This document shows, piece by piece, positions 1-8,120 of a stretch of 21,162 nt of DNA (position 1 is the first letter of the stretch; each line of letters begins with the position of its first letter). Source of the DNA: an uncultured delta proteobacterium (GTDB lineage Bacteria; Desulfobacterota; Desulfuromonadia; Geobacterales; DSM-12255); the NCBI GenBank assembly GCA_963787125.1, contig CAWBBV010000029.1, forward strand, positions 1 to 21,162. The letters run 5' to 3'. The notes beneath the pieces were generated by a model. It was given only the letters and a program-made list of their open reading frames with translations. It had not been told where the DNA came from and did no database searches. Made by a program: the position numbers and the translations under genes.

Positions 1-1734
1 AAACTGTCGGTCGCGCAAGTAAATGGGCTGTCATTCGGCACTATCGCCATAGGAACAAGCAGGCTAATGATGTTGGATATTATGAATGCCGGCATTGCGC
101 CCCTAAATGTCAGTAGTATATCCAGTAATAGTACGAAATTTACAATTCCGGTATCAGCATTTCTGGTACTGCCAGGTGCGACCCAGCAGGTGTTGGTAAC
201 GTATACGCCAACAGCGGTTGGTTCGGATAACGCATCAATAACCATCGCATCTAACGATCCAAGTACGCCATCTGTGCAGGTTAATGCTACTGCAACAGCT
301 ATATCTCTAAACGTAACTTCGGTTACAATTACACCATCACCGGTTAGTTTCTCTGCAACACCTGTAAACTCTACACAAACAGTAAATGTCACTATTCAAA
401 ATAATAGTTCTATTTCAGTGAAGATAAACAGTATTGACTTGCCACAAGCTCCATTTGCGGTTACAGGGGCACCGACACTGCCTGTGTCTATATCCGCTGG
501 TCAGTCAACAACAATGCAGGTTAAATTTATCCCAACTGCGTCTGGTAATTTCAGTACGTCAATGGGAGTACTATTTGACTATGCTGCTACTCCGCAGATC
601 ATCCCTATAAGCGGCTCTGCAACTAGCAACTCACAGGTAGCCAGCGGGAACATTGTCTATAAGTTCTCCGGAACCCAAATTACAAACCTAGATTTTGGAA
701 ATGTTTTCAAGGGTTCAGTCGCATCTAAAACTATCCGCATGGAGAATATCGGCACTGGGCCGATAACTATTAATTCTCTTAATATTGACAATAACCAGTT
801 CCGCGCCATCATCTCAACACCTATAACGCTAAACGCTAATACTGGTACAAATTCAGATTATTATAAAGATTTTCAGCTCGATTTTTTGCCGACATCGCTG
901 ACAACTCAAACAGCAAAGTTGACATTGAAAGATCCCGCAGGAACATCATTTGTGCTCAATCTGTCGGGCAATGGTATCCCGGTAGATGTTAAACTGAATA
1001 GTGGCAGTGGATCAATATCATCGGTAAATACTCTTTCCGCCAGTCAACTGCCTTTGGCATCAAATCCTGATAAGAACTATACGGTATCCAGTGCTGCAGA
1101 GTTCTTTGCGACAGGTGTAACACCTGGTGACACGGTAAATGTAAGCGTCACATTCCTGTCTCTCCCAGCTAATCCAGTCTTTTATAAATCAGTCGGCAAT
1201 AGCTGGTATCTTCTTAAAGAAGGAACTGATTACACCTTGGTCGGCAATACAATTACGTATAGTGTGAAGGATAATGGAGCATGGGATGCTGATCACGTTA
1301 ATTCAGGGGTAATTCATGACCCGATTGTAGTTGGAACAAGCGGTGTTGTGACGCCACCAACTGGAGGGGGTACAGGCGGCAATATAGCTCCCGCAAGTGG
1401 CAGTGGTAGCAGTGGGGGCGGCTGTTTCATAGCTACCGCTGCTTACGGCAGCTATCTTGATCCCCACGTCATGGTACTGCGACATTTCCGAGATAATGTG
1501 TTGTTGAAAAGCAGAGCCGGAACTGCCTTTGTCAAGTTCTACTACAGGTACAGTCCACCGGTGGCAGACTTTATCCGTGAGCATGAATCGCTCCGTACAG
1601 TTGTTCGGTTCATGCTGACTCCGTTGATTGTCATAGTTAAGTATCCGGTTTTGCTGTTCATGGGATTTATTTTGGCAATCTATAGTGCTGCAAGGAAGTT
1701 GAGGATAAGACGAGCTGTAGTTTCAGCGAAATAG
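1..1734 (+). CDS. Large cell-surface protein, 5'-truncated: tandem choice-of-anchor D (ASPM-SPD2-Hydin-like Ig) repeats, a choice-of-anchor U-like domain and a CFI-box-CTERM anchor
   Basis: Frame is open from base 1 (KLSVAQVNGLSFGTIAIGTSRLM...). Three Ser/Thr-rich beta repeats begin LSFGTIAIG, VSFSATPVN and LDFGNVFKG. These are followed by ITYSVKDNGAWDAD..GVIHDP, a Gly/Ser linker, GGGCFIATAAYGS...LRHFRD...FVKFYYRYSPPVA, a TM helix and a basic tail. Confidence 0.85.
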   Translation, partial: KLSVAQVNGLSFGTIAIGTSRLMMLDIMNAGIAPLNVSSISSNSTKFTIPVSAFLVLPGATQQVLVTYTPTAVGSDNASITIASNDPSTPSVQVNATATAISLNVTSVTITPSPVSFSATPVNSTQTVNVTIQNNSSISVKINSIDLPQAPFAVTGAPTLPVSISAGQSTTMQVKFIPTASGNFSTSMGVLFDYAATPQIIPISGSATSNSQVASGNIVYKFSGTQITNLDFGNVFKGSVASKTIRMENIGTGPITINSLNIDNNQFRAIISTPITLNANTGTNSDYYKDFQLDFLPTSLTTQTAKLTLKDPAGTSFVLNLSGNGIPVDVKLNSGSGSISSVNTLSASQLPLASNPDKNYTVSSAAEFFATGVTPGDTVNVSVTFLSLPANPVFYKSVGNSWYLLKEGTDYTLVGNTITYSVKDNGAWDADHVNSGVIHDPIVVGTSGVVTPPTGGGTGGNIAPASGSGSSGGGCFIATAAYGSYLDPHVMVLRHFRDNVLLKSRAGTAFVKFYYRYSPPVADFIREHESLRTVVRFMLTPLIVIVKYPVLLFMGFILAIYSAARKLRIRRAVVSAK

Positions 1735-1750
1735 ATGTATTGAAATAATA

Positions 1751-1790
1751 ACTACTGACCTCACAGTCATTTCTGACTGCGAGGTCTAGT
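1751..1790 (+). terminator. Stem-loop after the surface-protein gene (terminator or stability hairpin)
   Basis: GACCTCACAGTCA-tttc-TGACTGCGAGGTC (1757-1786, 12/13 paired), extended by ACTA/TAGT. The U-tract is weak. Confidence 0.55.
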
Positions 1791-1809
1791 TAATTGCGAG
1801 AGGAAATAA

Positions 1810-2973
1810 ATGTTGCGTTACCTGACAGCTGGCGAGTCTCATGGCCCACAGCTTACAGCAATTATAGAAGGACTGCCTGCCGGACTTGAGATATCTGTTG
1901 AAGCAATAAATCAAGATCTTGCGCGTCGCCAACAGGGGTACGGGCGCGGTGGCAGGATGAAGATTGAGACAGACAAGGTCGAGATTCTCTCAGGAGTAAG
2001 GTGGGGCGAAACACTTGGCTCTCCCGTCACGCTTGCTGTTACAAATCGCGATTGGGTGAACTGGTCTGAAAAGATGTCACCCGATGCCAGGTTTCGTGAT
2101 AATTCAATTGCCGTTACCTGTCCACGCCCGGGTCATGCTGACTTGACCGGAGCTATCAAGTATAATCATCGTGATGCAAGAAATATTCTGGAGCGTTCCA
2201 GTGCCAGAGAGACTGCCGTGAGAGTTGCAGTTGGAGGTGTTGCCAAGGAGCTTCTGAAAAGTTTCGACATATCTGTGCACGGTTTCGTCTCGGAACTAGG
2301 CGGAATAAAGTCGGAGAGAGGAGCGCTATCTTATTCTGAAATGATCAAAAAGGCCGCAACCTCTGAACTTTTCACTTTTGATGCTGCTGCTGAATCTAAA
2401 ATGAAGTTGCATATCGACGCAATGAAAACTGCCGGCGACTCCGTCGGTGGTATTGTTGAAGTTATAGTCACCGGTGCGCCTCCCGGTCTTGGCAGTTATG
2501 TACAGTGGGATAGAAAGCTGGATGCACGCCTTGCAATGGCGCTGATGAGTATTCAGGCTATCAAGGGTGTTGAGGTTGGGATTGGCTTTAATGCTGCGGC
2601 AACTCCCGGTTCAACAGTTCATGATGCGATCTATTACGAGGAGAAAAACTGTACATTCAGAAGGAGCACAAACAGAGCCGGTGGCATAGAGGGTGGGATG
2701 AGTAATGGTGAGACTATTGTTGTCAGGGCTGCCATGAAGCCGATACCGACACTTTACACGCCTTTAAAAACGGTTGATATTAACTCTAAAGTGGCAATTG
2801 ACGCCACTGTAGAAAGGTCAGATGTTTGTGCTGTTCCGGCGGCATCTGTTGTTGCAGAGGCGGTGGTTGCAATTGAGATTGCAGCTGCATTTCTTGATAA
2901 ATTCGGCAATGATAGTCTCGCTGAAACTAAGAGAAATTATGAATCTTACCTGCAGCAAGTCAGGGAGTTTTAG
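1810..2973 (+). CDS. aroC: Chorismate synthase
   Basis: [47 protein letters not shown] and RSDVC motifs. GAGAGG RBS. Confidence 0.98.
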   Translation: MLRYLTAGESHGPQLTAIIEGLPAGLEISVEAINQDLARRQQGYGRGGRMKIETDKVEILSGVRWGETLGSPVTLAVTNRDWVNWSEKMSPDARFRDNSIAVTCPRPGHADLTGAIKYNHRDARNILERSSARETAVRVAVGGVAKELLKSFDISVHGFVSELGGIKSERGALSYSEMIKKAATSELFTFDAAAESKMKLHIDAMKTAGDSVGGIVEVIVTGAPPGLGSYVQWDRKLDARLAMALMSIQAIKGVEVGIGFNAAATPGSTVHDAIYYEEKNCTFRRSTNRAGGIEGGMSNGETIVVRAAMKPIPTLYTPLKTVDINSKVAIDATVERSDVCAVPAASVVAEAVVAIEIAAAFLDKFGNDSLAETKRNYESYLQQVREF

Positions 2974-4055
2974 TGAAAGTCATTTCTGTCGGACTTGAAG
3001 ATCGCTCTTACGATATCCATATCGGTAGCGATATCCTCTCTACTCTCGGCACATTATGTCGTAAAATTCCCCTGAAAGGCCGGGCAGCAGTCATTACCAA
3101 TACGACGATTGCACCGCTATACTTGAGTCAGATAAAGACTGCTCTTGAGTCATCAGGCTACGAAGTGACAGCCATAGAGCTTCCTGATGGTGAGGAGTTT
3201 AAGAATTCAAAAACTCTTGACTTGATTTATGATGGCTTGATTTCGGCTGGGCTTGATCGGAACGCTTTTATTGTTGCCCTTGGCGGTGGTGTTGTTGGTG
3301 ATATGGCCGGCTTTGCTGCTGCCACTTTTATGCGCGGTATCCCGTTTGTACAAGTGCCGACAACGCTATTGGCACAGGTTGATAGTAGTGTTGGTGGAAA
3401 AACCGGCATTAACCACAGCCTAGGCAAAAACCTGATTGGAGCGTTTTATCAACCCAAGCTCGTGCTTGTAGACATTGAGACAATTAAGACTCTTCCGGAA
3501 CGAGAATACCTCTGCGGTCTGGCAGAAACTCTGAAATATGGGGCGGCACTTGACAGAGAGTTTTTTAACTTTATATCCGCACATGTGTGTGCGCTGAAGG
3601 GTCGTGATAAGGCCGCTCTCCAGCATATTATTGCGACATCATGCAGTATCAAGGCTGCCGTGGTGGAGCAGGATGAGCGGGAAAGCGGCCTTAGGGCTGT
3701 TCTCAACTACGGTCACACATTAGGTCATGCAGTCGAGACTCTTGCTGGATACGGCTCCATAAAGCATGGGGAAGCTGTCGCTATCGGGATGGCGCAGATT
3801 GCGAAACTATCATGTCTGCGCGGATACTTGAGTGAGCCTGAAAGGGATATGCTTGTAACATTGATAGCGGAATTCGGTTTGCCTACTGAACTGCCGCTGT
3901 TTCCTCTTGGGGAGTATCAGAAAATCATTGAACATGACAAGAAAAAGCGTGACGACGGCGTTAATTTGATCTTTAATCAGGGTATTGGTGGTTTTGTTAT
4001 TGAGAAGGTTACAGATCTGCGTGCAATGCTGAATGACTGCATGTTACCGGTCTGA
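2973..4055 (+). CDS. aroB: 3-dehydroquinate synthase
   Basis: GGGVVGDMAGF, VPTTLLAQVDSSVGGKTGIN, GKNLIGAFYQP, LNYGHTLGHA and HGEAV motifs. The GTG start overlaps the aroC TAG. Confidence 0.98.
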   Translation: MKVISVGLEDRSYDIHIGSDILSTLGTLCRKIPLKGRAAVITNTTIAPLYLSQIKTALESSGYEVTAIELPDGEEFKNSKTLDLIYDGLISAGLDRNAFIVALGGGVVGDMAGFAAATFMRGIPFVQVPTTLLAQVDSSVGGKTGINHSLGKNLIGAFYQPKLVLVDIETIKTLPEREYLCGLAETLKYGAALDREFFNFISAHVCALKGRDKAALQHIIATSCSIKAAVVEQDERESGLRAVLNYGHTLGHAVETLAGYGSIKHGEAVAIGMAQIAKLSCLRGYLSEPERDMLVTLIAEFGLPTELPLFPLGEYQKIIEHDKKKRDDGVNLIFNQGIGGFVIEKVTDLRAMLNDCMLPV

Positions 4056-4068
4056 CAGGAGATTCGTC

Positions 4069-4956
4069 ATGATACCTGAAACAGCTTCATTATGGGCGAC
4101 GGCAAGGAGATTCGAGGGTATTCTGCGAAGTGATGCGGGCGCCTACAGTTTTGCGCCGCTGTCGGACATCTACAGGCGGCTGGGACTGCTTGAGGATGCG
4201 CTTGAAACTGCGCGCAAAGGGTGCGCGCTCCACCCTGATTTTGCAGCAGGGCAGATGGCTCTTGCGAGAGCGGCGCTGGACTCTGCTATAAAAAATGAAG
4301 CTGTCAGTGCATTGGAAAAGGTTGTAAGTATAACCCCTGAAAATCTGGAAGCCCAAAGGCTACTGGCAGAGCTCTACACTGCAGAAGGTAATGGTGTTGC
4401 TGCACGGCGCTGTCTTTTGATAGCAAGTTCTTTGGATACGGAAGAGCAGGTGATTGCAGCTCCTATAGCTGGTATGGAGGAGGAACTGCAAGAAGAGGAG
4501 ATACTGGAAGCTGATATTCTAGAGCTTTCTGATGAGTTCATTGAGGATGAGAGCTTTGCTGAAAACCTGGTAGATCCTTTTTCTGCTCTCCCGGACAGAC
4601 CGTCGCTTGGCGAAGACTTTAGCAGAGCAGAGCCGTATCTCATGGAATCTCCCCCTGTTTACCATGACGAGCCGCCAGTGGTAGAACCATCTCCACTGAT
4701 GCTGTCGGCTACAATAGCCGAGCTTTATGTTAACCAGGGATTCACTGATAAAGGGGTGGACGTCTACAGGGAACTGCTTGCGGCTGATCCGTTGAATGAG
4801 TCTTACATGCTCCGCCTTAAAGAGTTGACTAAGTCAGCGGAGGAGCCTGGAATTGCGTTGCAGAACAGCCCTCCCCCTGAAGGGGTAATTAGTAAACTTT
4901 ATGAGTGGCTCGGAAACATCGGGAGGGTCAGAGAATGTCGTACAAAGAATCTCTAA
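4069..4956 (+). CDS. Tetratricopeptide-repeat protein with an acidic linker
   Basis: N-terminal TPR-like helices (FAPLSDIYRRLG, LEKVVSITPENLEAQRLLAELY), an Asp/Glu-rich middle and a C-terminal TIAELYVNQG...YRELLAADP TPR. Start moved to ATG 4069 behind AGGAG (4057-4061). Confidence 0.8.
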   Translation: MIPETASLWATARRFEGILRSDAGAYSFAPLSDIYRRLGLLEDALETARKGCALHPDFAAGQMALARAALDSAIKNEAVSALEKVVSITPENLEAQRLLAELYTAEGNGVAARRCLLIASSLDTEEQVIAAPIAGMEEELQEEEILEADILELSDEFIEDESFAENLVDPFSALPDRPSLGEDFSRAEPYLMESPPVYHDEPPVVEPSPLMLSATIAELYVNQGFTDKGVDVYRELLAADPLNESYMLRLKELTKSAEEPGIALQNSPPPEGVISKLYEWLGNIGRVRECRTKNL

Positions 4957-5297
4957 AAAATTTGGCAGAAAGTGTTGATGGTGCACTTACCGCCATCATA
5001 ATGGGTTATGATGGCATCCCGATCGATGAGTATTTCGTCGAGTCAACACCATTTGATCTCCAGCTGCTTACAGTTGAGTATGCAAATTTGCTAAGAGATA
5101 TCCGGCGCACTGTCAATATTCTCGAAAACGGCGTAATGGAAGAGGTTTCCATTGCGACTGACAGATTAAGAGTGCTCGTCAGAGTTATAAATGAGGACTT
5201 TTTCCTGATTCTTGTAATAACAACGGACGGGAATTACGGTAAAGGGCGTTATCTTCTGTCGCGTGAAGCTTTCAAGCTTAAGGATGAGTTGAGGTAG
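4935..5297 (+). CDS. Roadblock/LC7 domain protein (MglB/MglC-like)
   Basis: 120 aa with VDGALTAIIMGYDGIPID and GNYGKGRYLL patterns typical of roadblock proteins. Start at ATG 4935 behind GGAGG (4922-4926). Confidence 0.85.
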   Translation: MSYKESLKNLAESVDGALTAIIMGYDGIPIDEYFVESTPFDLQLLTVEYANLLRDIRRTVNILENGVMEEVSIATDRLRVLVRVINEDFFLILVITTDGNYGKGRYLLSREAFKLKDELR

Positions 5298-5300
5298 CTA

Positions 5301-5738
5301 ATGAGAATACTGGTTATTAACGGCCCGAATCTCAATCTTCTCGGTAAGAGAGAGCCCGGGATTTATGGTGCCGAAACTCTGGAAGAAATAAACACTGCTC
5401 TGCTTGCAACCGCCCTGAAGATGGGCGTTGAGCTGGATTTTTTCCAGTCTAACTCTGAGGGGGCGCTGGTTGATGCAATCCATGGTGCTTTGGGGAGTTT
5501 TGCCGGTATAATCATCAATCCTGCTGCCTATACGCATACGAGCGTTGCTATTCGTGATGCGATCTCCGCAGTCGCTCTTCCTGCCGTAGAAGTTCATCTG
5601 TCTAACGTCTACTGTCGCGAAGAGTTCCGCCATAAAAGTTTTATAGCTCCGGTCGCCATAGGGCAGATAGCCGGGTTCGGTTCAACAGGCTACGAACTTG
5701 CACTTAAAGGCTTGTTGGGTTATCTACAGAAGAATTGA
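5301..5738 (+). CDS. aroQ: Type II 3-dehydroquinate dehydratase
   Basis: [34 protein letters not shown] and EVHLSN...REEFRH motifs. Confidence 0.98.
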   Translation: MRILVINGPNLNLLGKREPGIYGAETLEEINTALLATALKMGVELDFFQSNSEGALVDAIHGALGSFAGIIINPAAYTHTSVAIRDAISAVALPAVEVHLSNVYCREEFRHKSFIAPVAIGQIAGFGSTGYELALKGLLGYLQKN

Positions 5739-5762
5739 GCAGTTGCTTATCAGCGGGGGATT

Positions 5763-5800
5763 AAAAGCCGGTTTTGCATTTTTGCAAAACCGGCTTTTTT
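5763..5800 (+). terminator. Rho-independent terminator, probably bidirectional
   Basis: Perfect 16-bp stem AAAAGCCGGTTTTGCA-tttt-TGCAAAACCGGCTTTT followed by further T's, 24 nt after aroQ. Confidence 0.85.
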
Positions 5801-6047
5801 GTTTGCGCAACTGCAAAGATCAAAAATGTACTGAAAATTATATTGTTACACGTTATGCGGCTAAACGAACAAAGCGCTATTAGTCACCAAGATAGAATAA
5901 TGATAGGGAGCGCGCCGGCATAAAAAATTAAGAAATTTGCATATCTGCAATAACGTAAATACTACTCTTCAGGTGACCAAGTCACTACTCTTATGCAACA
6001 ACCTGAAATCATGGATAAAATTAACTAAATTGCACAATATGTGCTAT

Positions 6048-6064
6048 TTGGTACGGCGGTTGCT
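6048..6064 (+). promoter_or_regulatory. Sigma54 (RpoN) -24/-12 promoter
   Basis: TTGGTAC-GGCGG-TTGCT: GG (6050-51) and GC (6062-63) are separated by exactly 10 nt, with one mismatch to TGGCAC-N5-TTGCW. It lies about 100 nt upstream of ORF 6165. Confidence 0.75.
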
Positions 6065-6104
6065 CTACGTAAATTATGGTTACTCCTGAAATACCTGATT
6101 ATTA

Positions 6105-6130
6105 CGAGAGGTGGTGACGACCACCTCTTG
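6105..6130 (+). other. Leader hairpin in the predicted 5' UTR
   Basis: CGAGAGGTGGT-gacg-ACCACCTCTTG, 11 bp with one G-U pair. It may be enclosed by ATGGTT (6076-81) pairing with AACCAT (6132-37). Confidence 0.55.
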
Positions 6131-6164
6131 AAACCATGCTGAAAAAAGTTCATGAGGCTAATGG

Positions 6165-6356
6165 ATGGCTGAGAATATCTGCCCATATTTTGGTAAAAAC
6201 GAAGATCTTTGTGATGTGGGGTGTGGATACATTTCGACTCACGATGTCAATATGATTATAAAATTCTGCAGTAGTGGTTACTGTTCTTGTCTCAAGTATC
6301 TGGAACTGGCGGACAGATTCCCGAACGGCATGGTAGTCTGTGCCGAATGTAATTGA
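6165..6356 (+). CDS. Small Cys-rich hypothetical protein (63 aa), possibly metal-binding
   Basis: Eight Cys (positions 6, 16, 20, 35, 40, 42, 59, 62) including CPYF and a terminal CxxC. GAGG RBS at 6154-57. First ORF after the sigma54 site. Confidence 0.7.
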   Translation: MAENICPYFGKNEDLCDVGCGYISTHDVNMIIKFCSSGYCSCLKYLELADRFPNGMVVCAECN

Positions 6357-6389
6357 AATGTTAAAGAGAATAACCGCCATGTATTCCAG

Positions 6390-6424
6390 GGCGAGAACGG
6401 CATAAGTAGCCGTAACGAAACAAC
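6390..6424 (+). repeat. Left copy of a 35-bp inverted repeat (partner at 8151-8185)
   Basis: GGCGAGAACGGCATAAGTAGCCGTAACGAAACAAC matches the reverse complement of 8151-8185 (GGCAAGAACGGCATAAGGAGCCGTAACGAAACAAC) at 33/35 positions. Confidence 0.92.
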
Positions 6425-6469
6425 AAAGAAGGTAGCCATTGTTTCATAATGCGTGCTGAAGGAGTTTTG

Positions 6470-6592
6470 ATGTTTTACAATATGACGCTTCATTTAGGGA
6501 CGTTTCCGGTTATGGCAGCAACTTTACCGCTGCTCTGCCTGATTTTAATCCAGATGTTAAAGGAGAAGAGTGATGAGCGAAAAAGAACTTGA
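6470..6592 (+). CDS. Small single-helix membrane peptide (40 aa), absent from the ORF track
   Basis: AAGGAG (6459-64) lies 5 nt before the ATG. Translation MFYNMTLHLGTFPVMAATLPLLCLILIQMLKEKSDERKRT has a hydrophobic stretch and a charged tail. It overlaps the RBS and start of the next gene. Confidence 0.6.
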   Translation: MFYNMTLHLGTFPVMAATLPLLCLILIQMLKEKSDERKRT

Positions 6593-6824
6593 ACTTCTGG
6601 CTCGTATTGAAGAGCTTGAGCGGCACACATGGCGTAACAGTGCGATTCTTCGTGCGGTTGCAATGGTTTCATTCACAGCACTGATAGGGATTGTAGTGGC
6701 ATCAGGAGTTGTCGGCGGCGGCAGAGGCAGTCACTGGTCAGGTCCGGCATGGAATACAATGTGGCTTTATGGTCTGTTTGCTGCCAACGCAGTTTCGATG
6801 TTCTGGACAACGCACAAGGAATAA
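6573..6824 (+). CDS. Small membrane protein with two predicted TM helices (83 aa)
   Basis: AAGGAG (6560-65) precedes ATG 6573. Charged coiled N-terminus, then hydrophobic AILRAVAMVSFTALIGIVVASGVV and MWLYGLFAANAVSMFW segments. Confidence 0.75.
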   Translation: MSEKELELLARIEELERHTWRNSAILRAVAMVSFTALIGIVVASGVVGGGRGSHWSGPAWNTMWLYGLFAANAVSMFWTTHKE

Positions 6825-6898
6825 AAATCAGGCTTCAGGTTCTGGGTAACAAGATTTTGAGCCCTGCCCCTGCCTTCCAATTACGGAGGAAATACAAA

Positions 6899-7948
6899 AT
6901 GACCCCGATGAGTTTAAAAAATTCGATACTGCTTCTGGTTGTAGTTGCCCTCTGCGCGACATTTTCAATGCGGATGTTTCAGGGCCTCGATGAGATGATG
7001 GGCGATCAGTATTGGGTTGTCGATACAACACAAGGCGATCACGGTTGGTACATGATGGGGGTGCTGCCACATCTGAAGAAAATGCCCAAGAATGAAGTGC
7101 TGGCAATAAACACCGACGCAGATCCCGGTAATAATCTGATTATTTATGCCCAGAGCGGTGATTTTGCAGGCAATTCAGTATATGGGATTTGCTATGGTAT
7201 CCCCTTTATCATGTATCTCATCTGGTTCGCATTTATATTAGGTTTCCCGGACAAGGTTGATCCCTACCTGCTCCCCAAGAGAATATTCACCATAACAGTT
7301 ATCATGACCTGTTCTATCCTTGCAAATCTCTTCCTGATGAGAATAGCTGCCGACTTTGCCCGCGAACCGATGGCGAGGGTTGCCAATGTCGCCGGTAACC
7401 ATGCGTCACTTCTTTTTCATAATGCCGGTATCTGGTTTGCAATACTTTTCTCAGCCCTTGGGACCCATGGCCATTCAGTGAAAGAGATTAAACCGCCAGA
7501 CAGCAGAAACTGGGTATCACAGGCCGATGAAAAATTCTCCTGGATGTTTACACTGTTGGCAGCTGTGACAATTATGGAAATATTCCTGGTTAAAAACAAG
7601 TTTGCTCTTCCTGACGCTGCTGTCGACTATTCAGTCTGGATAATCTGGGTTGTAATATTCATGAGAATGTTTGGATTTTCTCCCAAATATTGGATCAGAC
7701 GGGGCAAAGGTCTTGCGCTGATGTTCGGCGGGACAGCTGTGACACTGGGAGTTTTCTATATGCTTGAGAGAGCCACTGGCACACTTGGTGCCGGTTTCGC
7801 ATCACCGATACTGGCAAAGGCGCTGGGCGCTGAAAATCAGAATGTCGGGTTGTCAGCAATGATTTCGATCTATCTTATTTTTTGGATGGAGTTTGCTGCC
7901 GCTATTCGTCTCAACGGTCCCTCAAAAAGGGTCGCAGATAAAATCTGA
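6899..7948 (+). CDS. Polytopic membrane protein of unknown function (349 aa, about 8-9 TM helices)
   Basis: GGAGG (6885-89) before ATG 6899. Repeated hydrophobic segments and one ~65-aa loop after TM1. No family motif recognised. Confidence 0.8.
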   Translation: MTPMSLKNSILLLVVVALCATFSMRMFQGLDEMMGDQYWVVDTTQGDHGWYMMGVLPHLKKMPKNEVLAINTDADPGNNLIIYAQSGDFAGNSVYGICYGIPFIMYLIWFAFILGFPDKVDPYLLPKRIFTITVIMTCSILANLFLMRIAADFAREPMARVANVAGNHASLLFHNAGIWFAILFSALGTHGHSVKEIKPPDSRNWVSQADEKFSWMFTLLAAVTIMEIFLVKNKFALPDAAVDYSVWIIWVVIFMRMFGFSPKYWIRRGKGLALMFGGTAVTLGVFYMLERATGTLGAGFASPILAKALGAENQNVGLSAMISIYLIFWMEFAAAIRLNGPSKRVADKI

Positions 7949-7974
7949 TTTATCTGGTTCATGTGAAATATTGT

Positions 7975-8005
7975 AAAAAAGACGACTTTCGAGTCGTCTT
8001 TTTTT
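7975..8005 (+). terminator. Rho-independent terminator, probably bidirectional
   Basis: AAAAAAGACGACT-TTCG-AGTCGTCTTTTTTT, with a UUCG loop and a T-tract. Confidence 0.9.
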
Positions 8006-8086
8006 GTCTGTAGCTACCGAAATCCGAATTTACCGTATCAAAAAATCTATAACTCATTTGAGTAGTTGCCAGCGCTCTTTTCCCGG

Positions 8087-8115
8087 TTGACAGCCACGCA
8101 GCTACGGTGTATCAA
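8087..8115 (+). promoter_or_regulatory. Putative sigma70 promoter
   Basis: TTGACA (8087-92), 17-nt spacer, TATCAA (8110-15). The predicted start near 8121-22 coincides with the base of a long hairpin. Confidence 0.5.
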
Positions 8116-8120
8116 CTCTT

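Noticed and set aside
5698..5883. 61-aa ORF after aroQ
   Set aside because: Runs through a strong terminator, has no RBS and overlaps aroQ.
6354..6449. TGA after CAECN followed by 30 open codons, suggesting selenocysteine read-through
   Set aside because: No convincing SECIS-like hairpin directly after the TGA, the extension runs through the repeat element, and an open stretch of this length can arise by chance.
6749..6898. Upstream extensions in the ORF track (also 4033, 4905, 9255, 16286, 18590)
   Set aside because: Downstream ATGs have better SD or signal-peptide context, and most of the extensions overlap neighbouring genes or hairpins.
6990..7060. MMGDQYWVVD...DHGWY loosely recalls AmoA/PmoA or AmoC/PmoC motifs
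   Set aside because: The diagnostic GDWDFW.DWKD and D..WH motifs are absent and subunit sizes do not fit.
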